Below, one piece after another: positions 24,846 through 38,183 of a stretch of DNA of 64,000 nucleotides (positions within the stretch are counted from its first letter, which is position 1; each line of letters starts with the position of its first letter). The DNA is from Mobula hypostoma (lineage: Eukaryota): assembly GCF_963921235.1 (NCBI RefSeq), contig NC_086097.1, forward strand, positions 36,086,001-36,150,000, in the 5' to 3' direction. Position numbers and translations under genes: made by a program. The notes beneath the pieces are model-generated. The model worked only from the letters and a program-made list of their open reading frames with translations. It made no database searches and had not been told where the DNA came from.

Positions 24846-27160
24846 GTACGAAATATTGTATACAGCTCTCCAGATTGCTGTCACAATGCCCCATGTAACA
24901 CACAAATAAACCCTCTACTGTTGTTTTCGTATCCCCTCACACTAAACAATTGCATTCAAATAGCCTTCCCAATTACTTGTTGCACAGACATAATATCATT
25001 TTGAGCATCACGCACCAGAACAACTAAATCACGCCACATCAACGTGCTCTACAATCTTTCTCCATTTAGACAACATACCTACTTTTACTTTTCTTGTCCA
25101 AATGGTTGATTTCACATTTTGCTAGATTGCTGCCCATTTACTTATCTTATCCATATTCTTTTGTCCCCAACATATATCCTCTTACTTTCTCATCTTTCTT
25201 CATGCCTTTAGTAAATTTTGTAACCACATCTTCAGTGTCTTCTCCCAAGTCATTATTTAAATTGTAAATAGTTCAGGCCCCGGAATTGATCCTTGTGAAT
25301 TAAAATTGGTATAAGTAATTCCCCTTCACTCTGATAATCACCTCCGCGTAACATCTTGCCCAACTGGCACAGCCCCAACCTCCCTCTCTCCATTCATAAT
25401 GACGTGTGTACGTACAGTCATTCCACCTTCCTTTCCTTTCCAATACCAAATATGCCATTTATGCACAATAACACTACTGGTGGCGGTGGTGGAACTAGAT
25501 ACAATAGGGTCTTTTAAGAGCTTCTTAGATAGGTACATGGAGCTTGGAAAAATAGAGGGCTATGCGCTAGGGAAATTCTAGGCAGTCTCTCGAGTAGGTT
25601 ACATGTTTGGCACAACATTATGGGCCGAAGGGCCTGTAACATACTGTAAATTTCTATGTTCTATGTTCTAACATCCCACAGTAATGACAAAATAAATAAA
25701 CAGATAAGGATAAATGGTAGCCATAAGATATGTCTTTGCTCATACAATTTGATTTTATCATTTTTGTAATGACAGATGGTTCGAGTTTGGTACTTCCTTT
25801 CTACGAGGGCAGCCCTCTCTCTCTCCCACCCTGAACGGTTAGCCTGGGTTTCAGGCTCATCAGTGTCGAGTGGAGCGTGAGCCTGTGACTTTCTGACAGG
25901 TGACTGAACTCAAGCATCGGTGAAAAGCATGGCTAGTTAATATGTCTGATTACTTAGTTTTGAAGCAAAAGGTTGAATATAAAACATGTCTTCGATTTCA
26001 TTCTGATCACTGGCAATCTAAATTTTCACCTGTGTGAAGTGGGAACAGTGTGGGAGTGAAATTGCCCTTCCCTCCCATAGTACGCCCTTCAAATGTTTCC
26101 ACGCCCCTCCAGCTCCCCAAAAGACTGATGACATTTTCTCTTTCATGCTAAGCTATTATTTACTCATCAGGCACTCAACGTTACAGTTAATTGTTAAATA
26201 CTAACCTGCCAGATTCAGGATTATGTTGTAGACTGATGTGTGGGTGGAAATTTAAATTACATTGTGCATCCTGATAACAATTATGAAATGATTAATTGCT
26301 CACTTGAGTTTCCAATTATACGAGAACCTTGGCGTTATACTTGTTGCTTAAGGATGCAAAGTATGAGCTGCTTAACCCTTTCAAACACTGGAGGTTGGAC
26401 CGATAAAGGTATCAGGACCTTCCCCGAACCAGGCAAACTGCATTGTAGTTAGTTCAGTCATGTCATGACGGTGCATGTACAAAACATGTATTTCAATATC
26501 AATAAACTGAAATGGCTCACATAAGACAAGGTGATGGTCAAGATGTTACAACAGCCTTAAAATGCTCGAGGTTAGACCATGCCTTGTTGAAGTACAAGTT
26601 GAAAGGCTTTAAATTTCTTATGGTAATCTGTCCCCAATCTGAAACATTCACTCCCTCTATCATAGCATCTAAAAGAGGCAGTACAGCAACTTGTCCCTTC
26701 AACAGTGCTGCCAAGTACTTGGACAAGGATGGCTGAACACACAGATACCACCAAGTCACAGAGCACCTGGGAATGGAAAGACATTACCATTCCATTGCCA
26801 AATGGCTTAAAGACCTGGAGTTCCTTGTTTACCAGTGGTAATAATAATAATATGATAATTGCAGTAGTTTTACAAGGACATTTAGCCAACAAACCCCTAG
26901 CCTGGGCATAAAACCATAAGACACAGGAGCAGAATTGGGCTATTCGGCCCTTTGAGTCTGCTCCACCATTCCATCATGGCTGACTTATTATCGCTCTCAA
27001 CCCCATTCTCCTGCCTTCTCTCCATAACCTTTGACATCCTTACTGAATTACACTCCTTATCCCCTAAAATCAACAGGGAAATAGGAAAGTAGAGCTTGTA
27101 ACATAATTTTATTCCCACATTTTAATGTCCATCATCCATGTCAGTGTTTTTCTCAGTCCA

Positions 27161-30100
27161 TAAGACCATAAGCATAAGATATAGGAGCAGAAGTAGGCCA
27201 TTCGGCCCATCAAGTCTGCTCCGCCAATCCAATTCTTCCAGTATCCCCACTCCCCTGCCTTCACCCCATACACTTTGATGCCCTGGCTAATCAAGAACCT
27301 ATCTATCTTTGCCTTAAATACACGCAATGACTTGGCCTCCACAGCCACTGGTGGCAACAATATCTACAGATTTACCACCCTCCGACTAAAGTAATTTCTC
27401 TGCATCTCTGTTCTAAATGGATGTCCTTCAATCCTGAAGTCGTGCCCTCTTGTCCTAGAATCCCCTACCATGGGAAATAACTTTGCCATATCTAATCTGT
27501 TCAGGCCTTTTAACATTTGGAATGTTTCCATGAGATCCCCCTTCATTCTCCTGAACTCCAGGGAATACAGCCCAAGAGCTGCCAGACGATCCTCATACGG
27601 TAACCCTTTCATTCCTGGAATCATTCTTGTGAATCTTCTCTGAACCTTCTCCAAAGTCAGTATATCCTTTCTAAAATAAGGGGCCCAAAACTGCACACAA
27701 TACTCGAAGTGTGGTCTCACCAGTCCGTTATAGAATTTCAACATCACATCCCTGCTCTTATATTCTATAGCTCTAGAAATGAATGCCAACATTGCATTTG
27801 CCTTCTTCACAACTGACTCAACCTGGAAGCTAACTTATTAGGGTATCCTGCACAAGGACTCCCAAGTCCCTTTGTACCTCTGCATTTTGAATTCTCTCCC
27901 CATCTAAATAGTAGTCTGCCCGTTTATTTCTTCTACCAAAGTGCATGACCATATACTTTCCAACATTGTATTTCATTTGCCACTTCTTTGTCCATTCCCT
28001 TAAACTATCTAAGTCTCTCTACAGGCTCTCTGTTTCCTCAACACTACCCACTCCTCCACCTATCTTTGTATCATCGGCAAATTTAGCCACAAATCCATTG
28101 ATCCCATAGTCCAAATCATTGACATACATTGTAAACAGCAGCAGTCCCAACACTGACGCCTGTGGAACTCCACTGGTAACCGGCAGCCAGCCAGAATAAG
28201 ATCCCTTTATTCCTACTCTCTGTTTTCTGCCAACCAGCCAACGCTCCACCATGCTAGTAACTCCCCTGTAATTCCATGGGCTCTTATCTTGCTAAGCAGC
28301 CTCATGTTGGCACCTTGTCAAAGGCCTTCTGAAAATCCAAGTACACCATGTCTACTGCATCTCATTTATCTACCCTGCTCATAACTTCCTCAAAGAATTG
28401 CAGTAGGTTTGTCAGCAGGGCTTTCCTTTCAGGAAACCATGCTAACTTTGGCCTATCTTGCCATGTGCCTTCAGGTATTCCGTATTCTCGTCCCTAACAA
28501 TTGATTCCAACAACTTCCCAACCACTGATGTCAGGCTAACAGGTCTATAGTTTCCTTTCTGCTGCCTCCCACCCTTCTTAAATAGTGGAGTAACATTTGC
28601 AATTTTCCATTATTCCGGTACAAAGCCAGAATCTATCGATTCTTGAAAGATCATCATTAATGCCTCCGCAATCTCTCCAGCTACTTCCTTCAGAACCCGA
28701 GGGTGCATTCCATCAGGTCCAGGAGATTTATCCACCCTCAGACCATTAAGCTTCCTGAGCACCTTCTCAGTCTTAATTTTCACTACACATACTTCACTTC
28801 CCTGACACTCTTGAAAGTCCGGTATACTGTAGGCGTCTTCCACTGTGAAGACTGATGCAAAATATGTATGCAGTTCCTCTGCCATCTCTGCATCTCTCAT
28901 TACAATATCTCCAATGTTATTTTGTATTGGTCCTACAGTATATCTACCCTCAACTCTCTTTTCCCCTTTATATACTTAACAAACTTTTGGTATCTTCTTT
29001 GATATTAGTCACTAGCTTCCTTTTATAATTCATCTTTTCCTTCCTAATGACCTTCTTTGTTTCCTTCTGCAATTTTTAAAAGCTTCCAATCCTCTATCTT
29101 CCCACTAGCTCTGGCTTCCTTGTGTGCCCTCTCTTTTGCTTTTACTTTGGCTCTGACTTCACTTGTCAGTCATGGTAGTGTCCTTCTTCCCTTTGAAAAT
29201 TTCTTCTTATTTGGAATATATTTGTCTTGCACTTCGCTCATTTTTCACAGAAACTCCAGCCATTGCTGCTCTGCTGTCCTTCCTGCTAATGTCCCATTCC
29301 AGTCAACTTCAGTCAGTTCCCCTCTCATGCCATTGTAATTTCCTTTATTCCACTGAAATACCAATATATTAGATTTAATTTTCGACCCTCTCAAATTTCA
29401 ATGTGAATTTCATTGTGATCATTGTTCCCTAGGGGCTCCTTAACCTTAAGCTCTCTTATCACCTCCGGATCATCGCACAACATCCAATCCAGCACAGCCG
29501 ATCCCCTAGTGGGCGCAACAAAAAGCTGTTCTAAAAAACCATCCCCTAGACTTTCTACAAATTCTCTCTCTTGAGGTCCAGTACTGACCTAGTTTTCCCA
29601 ATCCACTTTCAAGTTAAAATCCCCAACGATTATCGTGACCTTGCCTTTCTGACACACCCTTTCTATCTCCTGCTGTAATTTGTAATCCACATCCCGGCTG
29701 CTGTTTGGAGGCCTGTATACAACTGCCATTAGGGTCCTTTTACCCTTGTCATTTCTTAACTCAACCCATAGAGACTCTACACCTTCCAATCCTATGTCAT
29801 CTCTTTCTAATGATTTAATATTATTTCTTATACACAGACCCACACCACCCCCTCTGCTTACTACCCTATCTTTCCAATACTCCATATATCCTTGAACGTT
29901 CAGCTCCCAATGGCAGCCATCCTTTAGCCAAGTTTCAGAGGTGGCCACAACGTCATATTTGCCAATCTGTAACTGAATTTCAAGATCATCCATTTTATTC
30001 CTTATGCTGCGCGCATTCAAATACAACACTTTCAGTCCAGTATTTGTTGCTTTCTGTTTTAACTGCACCATGCCTCTATTGCCCTGTAACTCATGCCACT

Positions 30101-30313
30101 GGCTGTGATTAAGTCTCATCTCCTGCCTGTTCTTTCTTTAATCTCTGTTGCACACTATCTTTAATTTATTTCTGCTTTCCTTTTCCTCAACCCTATCACT
30201 TTGGTTCCCATCCCCCTGCTAAATTAGTTTAAACCCTCCCTAACAGTTCTATTAAATATGCTTGCTAGGATATTGGAGCCCTTTGGGTTCAGGTGTAACC
30301 TGTCCTTTTTGTA
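27161..30313 (-). mobile_element. CR1 LINE with nearly complete but disrupted ORF2 (APE endonuclease and RT)
   Basis: APE motifs YLNARSIRNK, SETWL, GGGV, VVYRPP, VGDFN (29589-30119). RT motifs SPGPDG, YVNDLD..FADDTK, VRPHFEYCVQFW. TSD cagtcca at 27154-27160 and 30314-30320. Confidence 0.95.
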
Positions 30314-30699
30314 CAGTCCAAAAAAAACCACTTGAACTCCTTTGTTATTTAGGACTTACATTGTGCGATGATAAAATAGTTCTTAGAAATCTAACGTTAA
30401 TTTTTCTCAGGGCGTATTGACTTAGCAAACATTTCCAAGTGAATTGTGAGACAGGACCAAGAACTTCCGTTTGAGATCCACATTGTCACATCCAGTTTTA
30501 TCCCAGTATAAGATACGTAACTAATGGCATCCATGACTTCTTCAGATTTGATGGGCCAAATGGGTTAATTCTACTACTTGGTTCTCTCTCCCCAATTGCC
30601 CTCATGAACCCATCAACCTGATTATCTTGTTTACCCAAGGAAGTTTGAGCTCCCTTTGTCCTGTCCATTTCTATCTCCCTCCCTACCAGCAACATAATA

Positions 30700-31492
30700 C
30701 AGTGGATTCCAGTTAATTTGGCCATCAGTTAATTAGGGCAGGCGCTCATTTGGGACAACTCTTAAAAAGCAAAAACAAATTGAGAGAATGGGTCTGTTCA
30801 TTTATCTGGGACACTTTGCCACTTAGTGAGGACAGGAGACTGTTGCCAAACAGTTTCTGACTAGCAACAGTTGTTGGCACTTGCGCGCTGACGGACATTA
30901 CACTGTGCTTAGAGTGAAGCTTTTAAATAGCATCTCTTGCGTGTGTTTGTGTTCAAAAAGCAGTGAGTTTTATCACTGGTAGTTGGTGAGTATTAATTCT
31001 GAATTGCTTTGCCTTCTGCAGCTTCAAGCATTCAGGCTTGAAGACGCCAGAAATGGCCAGGATTGAAAATGAAATGATTTCACTACTTCAACAAGTTAGG
31101 CACTATGAAGAATTTGAAGGTATTGACAATCATCTTGAATGTTACAGTGAACTTGAGGGTTTGGGGGATGCAATAGGAAGGCAGTCTTTTATCTGCTCTT
31201 GGCATCTACGCTGATTTACGGTCAATTTACCATCAATAAAAAGAACATGGCATCACACCTCCGTCAATAACTACTAAGACCTAATATACACTTTTTAGTA
31301 ATGTAGTAGTTTTAGTACTGTACTAACTTGTTCTGTATTTCATTTAAATGTATAATTTGTTATTCAGTTAAATGGTAGTTTTAAAATAAAATCTTTTTAA
31401 CCATATCCATGAAACTTCGGCTAATTGGGGCAGTTGCTTAATTGGGCCAAAATACACTGGTCTCAATGAGTCCCAATTAACCAAATCCACTG
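30700..31492 (+). mobile_element. Non-autonomous Tc1/mariner/pogo (Tigger-like) DNA transposon
   Basis: ta|cagtggatt..gttaatt ... aattaaccaaatccactg|ta gives TIRs with TA duplication. Internal acidic remnant (YEEFEGIDNHLECY). Confidence 0.8.
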
Positions 31493-31579
31493 TACTAATT
31501 TAGTTTCTTTCCTTCCTTCCTAGTTCTGACCAAGGATCTTCACCTCTTTATCTCTTTCTGCCTGACCTGCGGAGTTCTT

Positions 31580-32580
31580 CGTTGACAATCAACACTAGTG
31601 CACCTCAGGGTGCTCTACTCTCTGTATACACATGACTGTGTGGCTAGGCAAATCACAAATACCATCTACAAATTTTCTGACGATACAACCATTGTTGGTA
31701 GAATGGTGGTAATGACAGGGCGTACAGGAGTGAGATATGCCAACTAGTGGAATGGTGCCGCAGCAACAACCTGGCACTCAACGTCAGTAAGACAAAAGAG
31801 CTGATTGTGGACTTCAGGAAGGGTAAGACGAAGGAACACATACCAGTCCTCATAGAGGGATCAGAAGTGGAGAGAGTGAACAGCTTCAAGTTCCTGGGTG
31901 TCAAGATCTCTGAGGGTCTAACCTGGTTCCAACATATCGATGTAGTTATAAAGAAGGCAAGACAGCAGCTATACTTTATCAGGAGTTTGAAGCGATTTGG
32001 CATGTCAACAAATACACTCAAAAACTTCTATAGTTGTACCGTGGAGAGCATTCTGACAGGCTGCATCACCGTCTGGTATGGAGGGGCTACTGCACAGGAC
32101 CGAAATTAGCTGCAGAAGGTTGTAAATCTAGTCAGCTCTATCTTGGGCACTAGCCTACAAAGTACTCAAGACACCTTTAGGAAGCGGTGTCTCAGAAAGG
32201 CAGCATCCATTATTAAGGACCTCCAGCACCCAGGGCATGCCCTTTTCTCACTGTTACCATCAGGTAGAAGATACAGAAGCCTGAAGGCACACACTCAGCG
32301 ATTCAGGAACAGCTTCTTCCCCTCTGCCATCCGATTCCTAAATAGACTTTGTTTGGACACTACCTCACTTTTTTAATATACAGTATTTCTTTTGCACATT
32401 TTTTGATAATCTATTCAATACATGTATTTGATTTACTTGTTTATTTATTATGCTTTATTTCATTTATTATTATTGTTATTTTTTTCTCTCTGCTAGATTA
32501 TGCATTGCATTGAACTACTGCTGCTAAATTAACAAATTTCACATCACATGCCAGTGACAATAAACCTGATTCTGATTCTT
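31580..32580 (+). mobile_element. Rex1/Babar-like LINE 3' fragment
   Basis: WCRSNNLALNVSKTKELIVDFRK, KKARQQLYFIRSL, FYSCTVESILTGCITVWYG, LPSGRRYRS..RFRNSFFPSAIR. Tail aataaacctgattctgattct. Confidence 0.9.
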
Positions 32581-33499
32581 CCAACATTTTCTGTTTCTAT
32601 TTCTCTATTTCAGATTTCCAGCATCTACACCATGCTTGACTTTCTCGAAGCACAGATCTGTTGTGTGAGAAATGATGAGAAGGTGCATGAGAGACTAAAA
32701 ATTAACTTCGTGGAGGGAGGAAGCAACATCAATACTAAAAAAAGTTTCTATAATCTCAGCATTAACCACTAAGGACCAATGAAAACTTCAGGAAAATGTT
32801 TTGTATGTTTACAAAATATTAATTTCTGAGTTTTTCTTAAGATTCTACCATTCCCTACAGCCCACCTTCCAATTTCCCTGAATAATAATTCAGTAACATG
32901 TTCAGTGCTATTACATAATTAGAAAGAGATTCAGGGGAGTTCAGTATTGCTGCAATCAATAAGCAATTTATTGCTCCGGTTCCTTCGGTTGACTAGTCAC
33001 AACTTTACTGGAATGATATCCCAAAGCACAGTTTCTCCAGTAACTTACTACATCACAGAGACAAAACCAGCTTCATTAGCAGTTGGGAAGAAACGATGCA
33101 CTTTTGATTAGCCATCAAGCAACGAGCATGAAATGCAAGTAGAGCTGCTTTTGCACCATCTGCATGGATTCCAGGTAATTTGCATTCAGTAAAATCATGA
33201 TTCAGTCCTAGAAAATTCATATGGGAGTAGCTGCAGTTCAAGTTAGGATGAGCAACTGCTATATATTAAGTAAGTGATTTTATATAACCTTTAAAATCAA
33301 CATTCTTGGTCACTGCCTGAAGACCACCCTCATTTCTCAATAGCCAATGATAACTAACAGTGTTGACTGGTGAGAGGTTATTTTCTTGCTGTCATTGGTC
33401 ATTTTCAGCTTGGGAAATGTTTCCTGCATCAAGTTATCTAAGGGAGCTTGTCATTATCATATTTTCCCCTCCTATCTGATAGATGAAAAAGATTAGATC

Positions 33500-35040
33500 A
33501 GTCCAATCTATGGAATGCTCTGCCACAGACTGCAGTGGAGCCAAGTCCGTGGGTACATTTAAGGTGGAAGTTGATTGTTTCTTAATCAGTCAGGGCATAA
33601 AAGAATATGGTGAGAAGGCAGGTGTAAGTGGTTGAGTGGGATCTGGGATCAGGAGCAGACTTGATGGGCTGAACAGCCAAATTCTGCTCCTATGTCTTAT
33701 GGTCTTATATAGATGAGCGAATCTCATGCCATTGGTAGGGTAGTTACCGGTAAGAATTCTAAGGGATAGGATTTCTGAGCATTTGAAAAACCATGACCTA
33801 ATTAAGGCCATGACTTTGTGTGTGTCAAGCTAACTTGATTGAGTTACTTGATGAGGTGATGAGGGTGACTGATGAAGGTAGAGCAGTGGATCTCCTCTAC
33901 ATGGATTTTAGTAAGCTGTTTGACAAGATCCCTCATGGGAGGCTCATCCAGAAGATTAAAATGCATGGGATCAATGGTGAATTGGCCATTCTGATTCAAC
34001 TGGTCTGCCTGTAGAAGGCAGAAGGTAGTGGTTGAAGGGACTTATTCCAACTGGAGGTTTGTGATTAGTGATGTTCTGAAGGGATCTGTACTGGGACCTC
34101 CGCTGTTTGTAATGTATATAAATGACCTGATGATTTAGTAAGTTTGCAGATGATATGAAGATTGGTGGTGCTGTGGTTAGTGTAGAATGCTGGTAAAGCG
34201 TACAGTGGGATATAGATCAATTGCTGATATGGGCAGAGAAATGGCAAATGAAGTTTAACCCAGCGTTGCAGCCTGGTAAGTCAAATGTAAACAGACAATA
34301 TGCTGTTAAGAGCAAGACCCTCAATAGTGTTGATGAGCAGAGGGATCTTGGGGTCCAAGTCTTAGCTCCCTGAAATGACTACAGAGTTTGATAGGGTGGT
34401 TAAGAAGGCATATGGTATGCTTGTCTTTATTATTTGAGATAACTGAGTTCAAAAGTTGGCAACTTTATAAAACCTTAGTTAGGCCGCATCTGGAGTATTA
34501 CATACAGTTCTGGTTGCCCGATTGTAGGAAGGATGCTGAGTCTGTAGAGAGGGTGCAGAAGAGGTTTACCTGGATGCTGCCTGGATTAGAGCCAAGTGCT
34601 ATAACAAGAGGTTGCACAAACTTGCGTTGTTTTCTTGAGAGTGGCAGAGGCTGTGGGGAGATCTAATAGAGCTTTATAAGATTATGAGAGACATAGATAG
34701 ACAGTGTCTCTCTCCCAGGGTTGAAATGTCTAATATCAAAGGGTATGCATTTAAGATGAGAAGGGTTCATCTAAAAGTAGATGTGAGAGGCAAGTTTTTT
34801 TTTTACACAGAGAGTGGTGGGTGCCTGGAATGCACTACCTGGGGTGGTGGTAGAGGCAGATAAACTGAGACTTTTAAGAGATATTTAGATAGAATGTGAG
34901 AAAAATGGAAGGATATGGACAGATATGTGTAGGCACAAGGGATTAGTTTAGTTGGCCATCTGATTTCTAATTTATTTGGCTCGGCACAACATTGTGGGCT
35001 GCAGGGCCTGTTCCTGTGCTGTACTGTTCTATGTTCTGAA
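33500..35040 (+). mobile_element. Two adjacent CR1 fragments (short 3' end at 33500-33710, older RT to 3' end at 33730-35040)
   Basis: YMDFSKLFDKIPH, LYKTLVRPHLEY and ERVQKRFTWMLPG motifs. Tails cttatggtcttat and ttctatgttct. Confidence 0.85.
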
Positions 35041-35701
35041 CATGTCTTTATGATATACCCAACCTTAAATCCCACCCCCCCACCAACCTTAAATGAAAGG
35101 GCAATGGGCACATAGGAATCCACAGACACCTGCAGCTTCCCTTCCAATTCAGACACCATCCTGATATGGAAATAAAGCTCCATTCTATGTCACTCATTCT
35201 AAATCCTGGAACCCCATACTAGCTACATTATGGCAGAACCGTCAGCCAAAGGATTATAACAGTTCAAGAGGCTGAATCACCATTTTCTAGAGGAAGTATC
35301 CATTGATAATAAATGCTGTCCATACCAGCAATTCCTATAACTTGCAGATCAGTGTAAATTTAACAAGAGAAGGAGTCAACATTCTTCAGTAAGCTGTCCT
35401 GTCTTCCTGTTACATGTACATTAAAAAGATTTGCAGCCATTAGAGTCACTGTTTTATACATGCTCATTCTAACCCAGAAGCCAAATGTATCAAGCATCTA
35501 CCTGTCATATTTATGATTTGCCAGTAGCTTGGATGTATTGGTCTAATTGGTCTTACCAAATTGGCACCCAGCTTATCGGGCCACTGTAATGATTAAGCAG
35601 TCCAACAACTCATTAAGACAAAGTGTTATTCACAAGCGGCATCCCTCCAACATTAGTCTCACACAAAGATCAGCTCAACTCAACCACTTTGTGACTTTGC
35701 A

Positions 35702-35785
35702 ACACACACAAAACTCAGTGGACCAGGCAATATCTATGGCAAAGAGTACAGTCAACGTTTCGGGCCGAGACCCTTCGTTAAGACT
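35702..35785 (-). mobile_element. Short Penelope-derived insert with mutated hammerhead core
   Basis: Minus strand agtcttaacgaagggtctcggcccgaaacgttgact. Flanking ctttgca duplication. Confidence 0.65.
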
Positions 35786-38183
35786 CTTTGCACATGATGA
35801 AGGCAGTACTTAGTAGTGCAGGCAGCTTCTTAATAAAGAGATTTAGGTCTCTACAATGTCATGCAACTCACCTGCACCACTGCACACACACCTCTCCCCC
35901 TCCCCATTAAAAAGTAATTGAAATTATCAAGTTTCATTCCTGCTGGTAACAAATTGTTGCTAGAGATTTAAAGGAAATTAAATTACAAAAAGTTAAACTC
36001 TCCTGGTTCTCCTCACTCCTTCTCAGCCTAATCTACCTTTTCCTTTCAATTTTTTTTTCTGTAGTTGATTTGACACCAATTCAACTTACTTCTTTCTTCA
36101 TTATTTCTTTTATTTCCATCACAATTAATGGTACAATATGAAGATCTCCAGAAGAACGAAGTGTACAGTACATCCACAACTCCATGAAGTCAGCATGCAG
36201 CAGATAGGGTAGTTAAGGTGGCATTTGAGGTAACAGTGTTAATGGGCTATAGCATGTAAGACGAGTAGGCCAAAGAAATTTAGCCTGTTCCTGTCGACTT
36301 CTACACCTTTTACCAATGCATTCCTTCTGGATACATAATAGTGTGGTATGGCAACTGCTCTGTCTGTAAACCAAAGAGCCTGTAAAGAGTTAGTGACACA
36401 ACTCAGCACATCATGGAAACCAGCCTCCTCTCTGTGACTGTGACTATACCTCTCGCTGCCTCAGTAAGTAGCCCACATAATCAAACACCCCACCCACCAG
36501 ATATTCTGTCCTCTCCCTTCTCCCATCGAACAGAAACAAAAGCACGAAAGCACATACCATTGGGCTCAGGTACAGATTCTATTCCAGTGTCCTCAGACTC
36601 TTGGATGGACCTCGTCTACATTGAGATTGACTCTTGACCTCATAAACTACCATGCTATGGTCGTGCATTTTATTGCTTACCTGCACTGCACTTTTACACT
36701 TTATTCTGCATTTTCCATTGTTCTACCTCAGTACACTATGTCACGATTTGATTTGTATGAATAGGATACAAGACAAGCTTTTCACTGAAGCTCGGTACAT
36801 GGTGACAGTAATAAACCAATACCAATAAATGTTGGATGTTGTCAGTTCCGCCGGGCTTAGTAGCTAAGCCACATGAGAAGGCCAGAAGTTGTACTTTGGT
36901 ATCAGAGGATACTTGAGGCACAAACCAATACCAATACATGTTGGGTGTACACAAAACAATGGTTAAACCACAGCTGGATTGCTGTGTACAGGTGCGATCA
37001 CCCTCTGCAGGAAAGATGTGATAGGACTTGAGAGGGTTCAAGAAGACTAATGAAAATTTAACCAGTTTTGAAAGTTGAGTTTAAGGAGAAATTGGCTAGA
37101 CTAGATTGCGTTCTTTGGAACAAAAGGAATTCAGAGGACATTTTATTGACATGTATAAAATTAGGAGAAGCCTTGACAGAAGCCTTATTTCTATTTTTGC
37201 AGAGATTTCATCAACTAAGAAACATATACTTAAGCCATTTGCTGAATGGAGGTAGTTTGATAGAGGCAGGTTTTACTGAGGAAAAAGAATTCAACCCAAT
37301 GTTTGTGATGATTTGGAGCTCACTGCATGAAAAGAGATTAAATCTGGAATGCCCATCACATTTACAAATTCCTGTTATGAACTCAAAATTCCAAAATGTG
37401 CACAATTGCTAGACAAGAACTGGAAAGCGGAATGAACTCAAATAGCTATTAATGTTAGCTATGATTCTAATATGAAACTATAAAACTATATGATTGTAAC
37501 TTTGAAATAATGCTGTTTAGAGATCATATTTTTGGAGTTAAGCCCAATTCCAGAACAAGACGGTGAACAATGGAATTTCTCATCTTAAAAGAATGCTTAA
37601 GATGTTTAAAAACCACAAGTATTCCTTTTATTTCACTACGGCTTCAGAAGAAGATGAAACCCTTTCTCTATTATACTATCATACAAGACTATCTGGCAGC
37701 TGGAGGTCTGCTGTTACTCAATCATCCATTTTCCTGTACATCACATCCATGTTGTCCAATATTCAACACAAAATCCCAAAGAATTAATCAAAATTAAGTG
37801 TGGGTTCAGAAACTTCAAATCAAATAGATTGAAATTTAAATCTTTTCTGCCAAATAAATGATTGAACCAATGCCAACGAAATTTATTGACAACTGGTTGA
37901 AACATTGTCAGTGCAGATCAGTAATATCTCCTCATTGACAACCACCTCAAAGATGTGTGCTTAGCTGACTAATCTACTCTCTCTGTGCTCAATACTATGT
38001 GGTTAAGAAGCATATAAAATGCCATCAATACATTCACCAATGACACCATTGTTGTCATACAATCTCAGAGGATGATGCGGAGGCAGACAGGAGTGAGTTA
38101 GATTAGCTGTTGAGTGGTTTCGCAACAACAACCGCACACTCAACATCAACAAGACCAAGGAACTGACTGTGACTTCATAAAGT

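Noticed and set aside
27161..30313. Active retrotransposon
   Set aside because: ORF2 is broken by several stops and frameshifts, and ORF1 is essentially missing.
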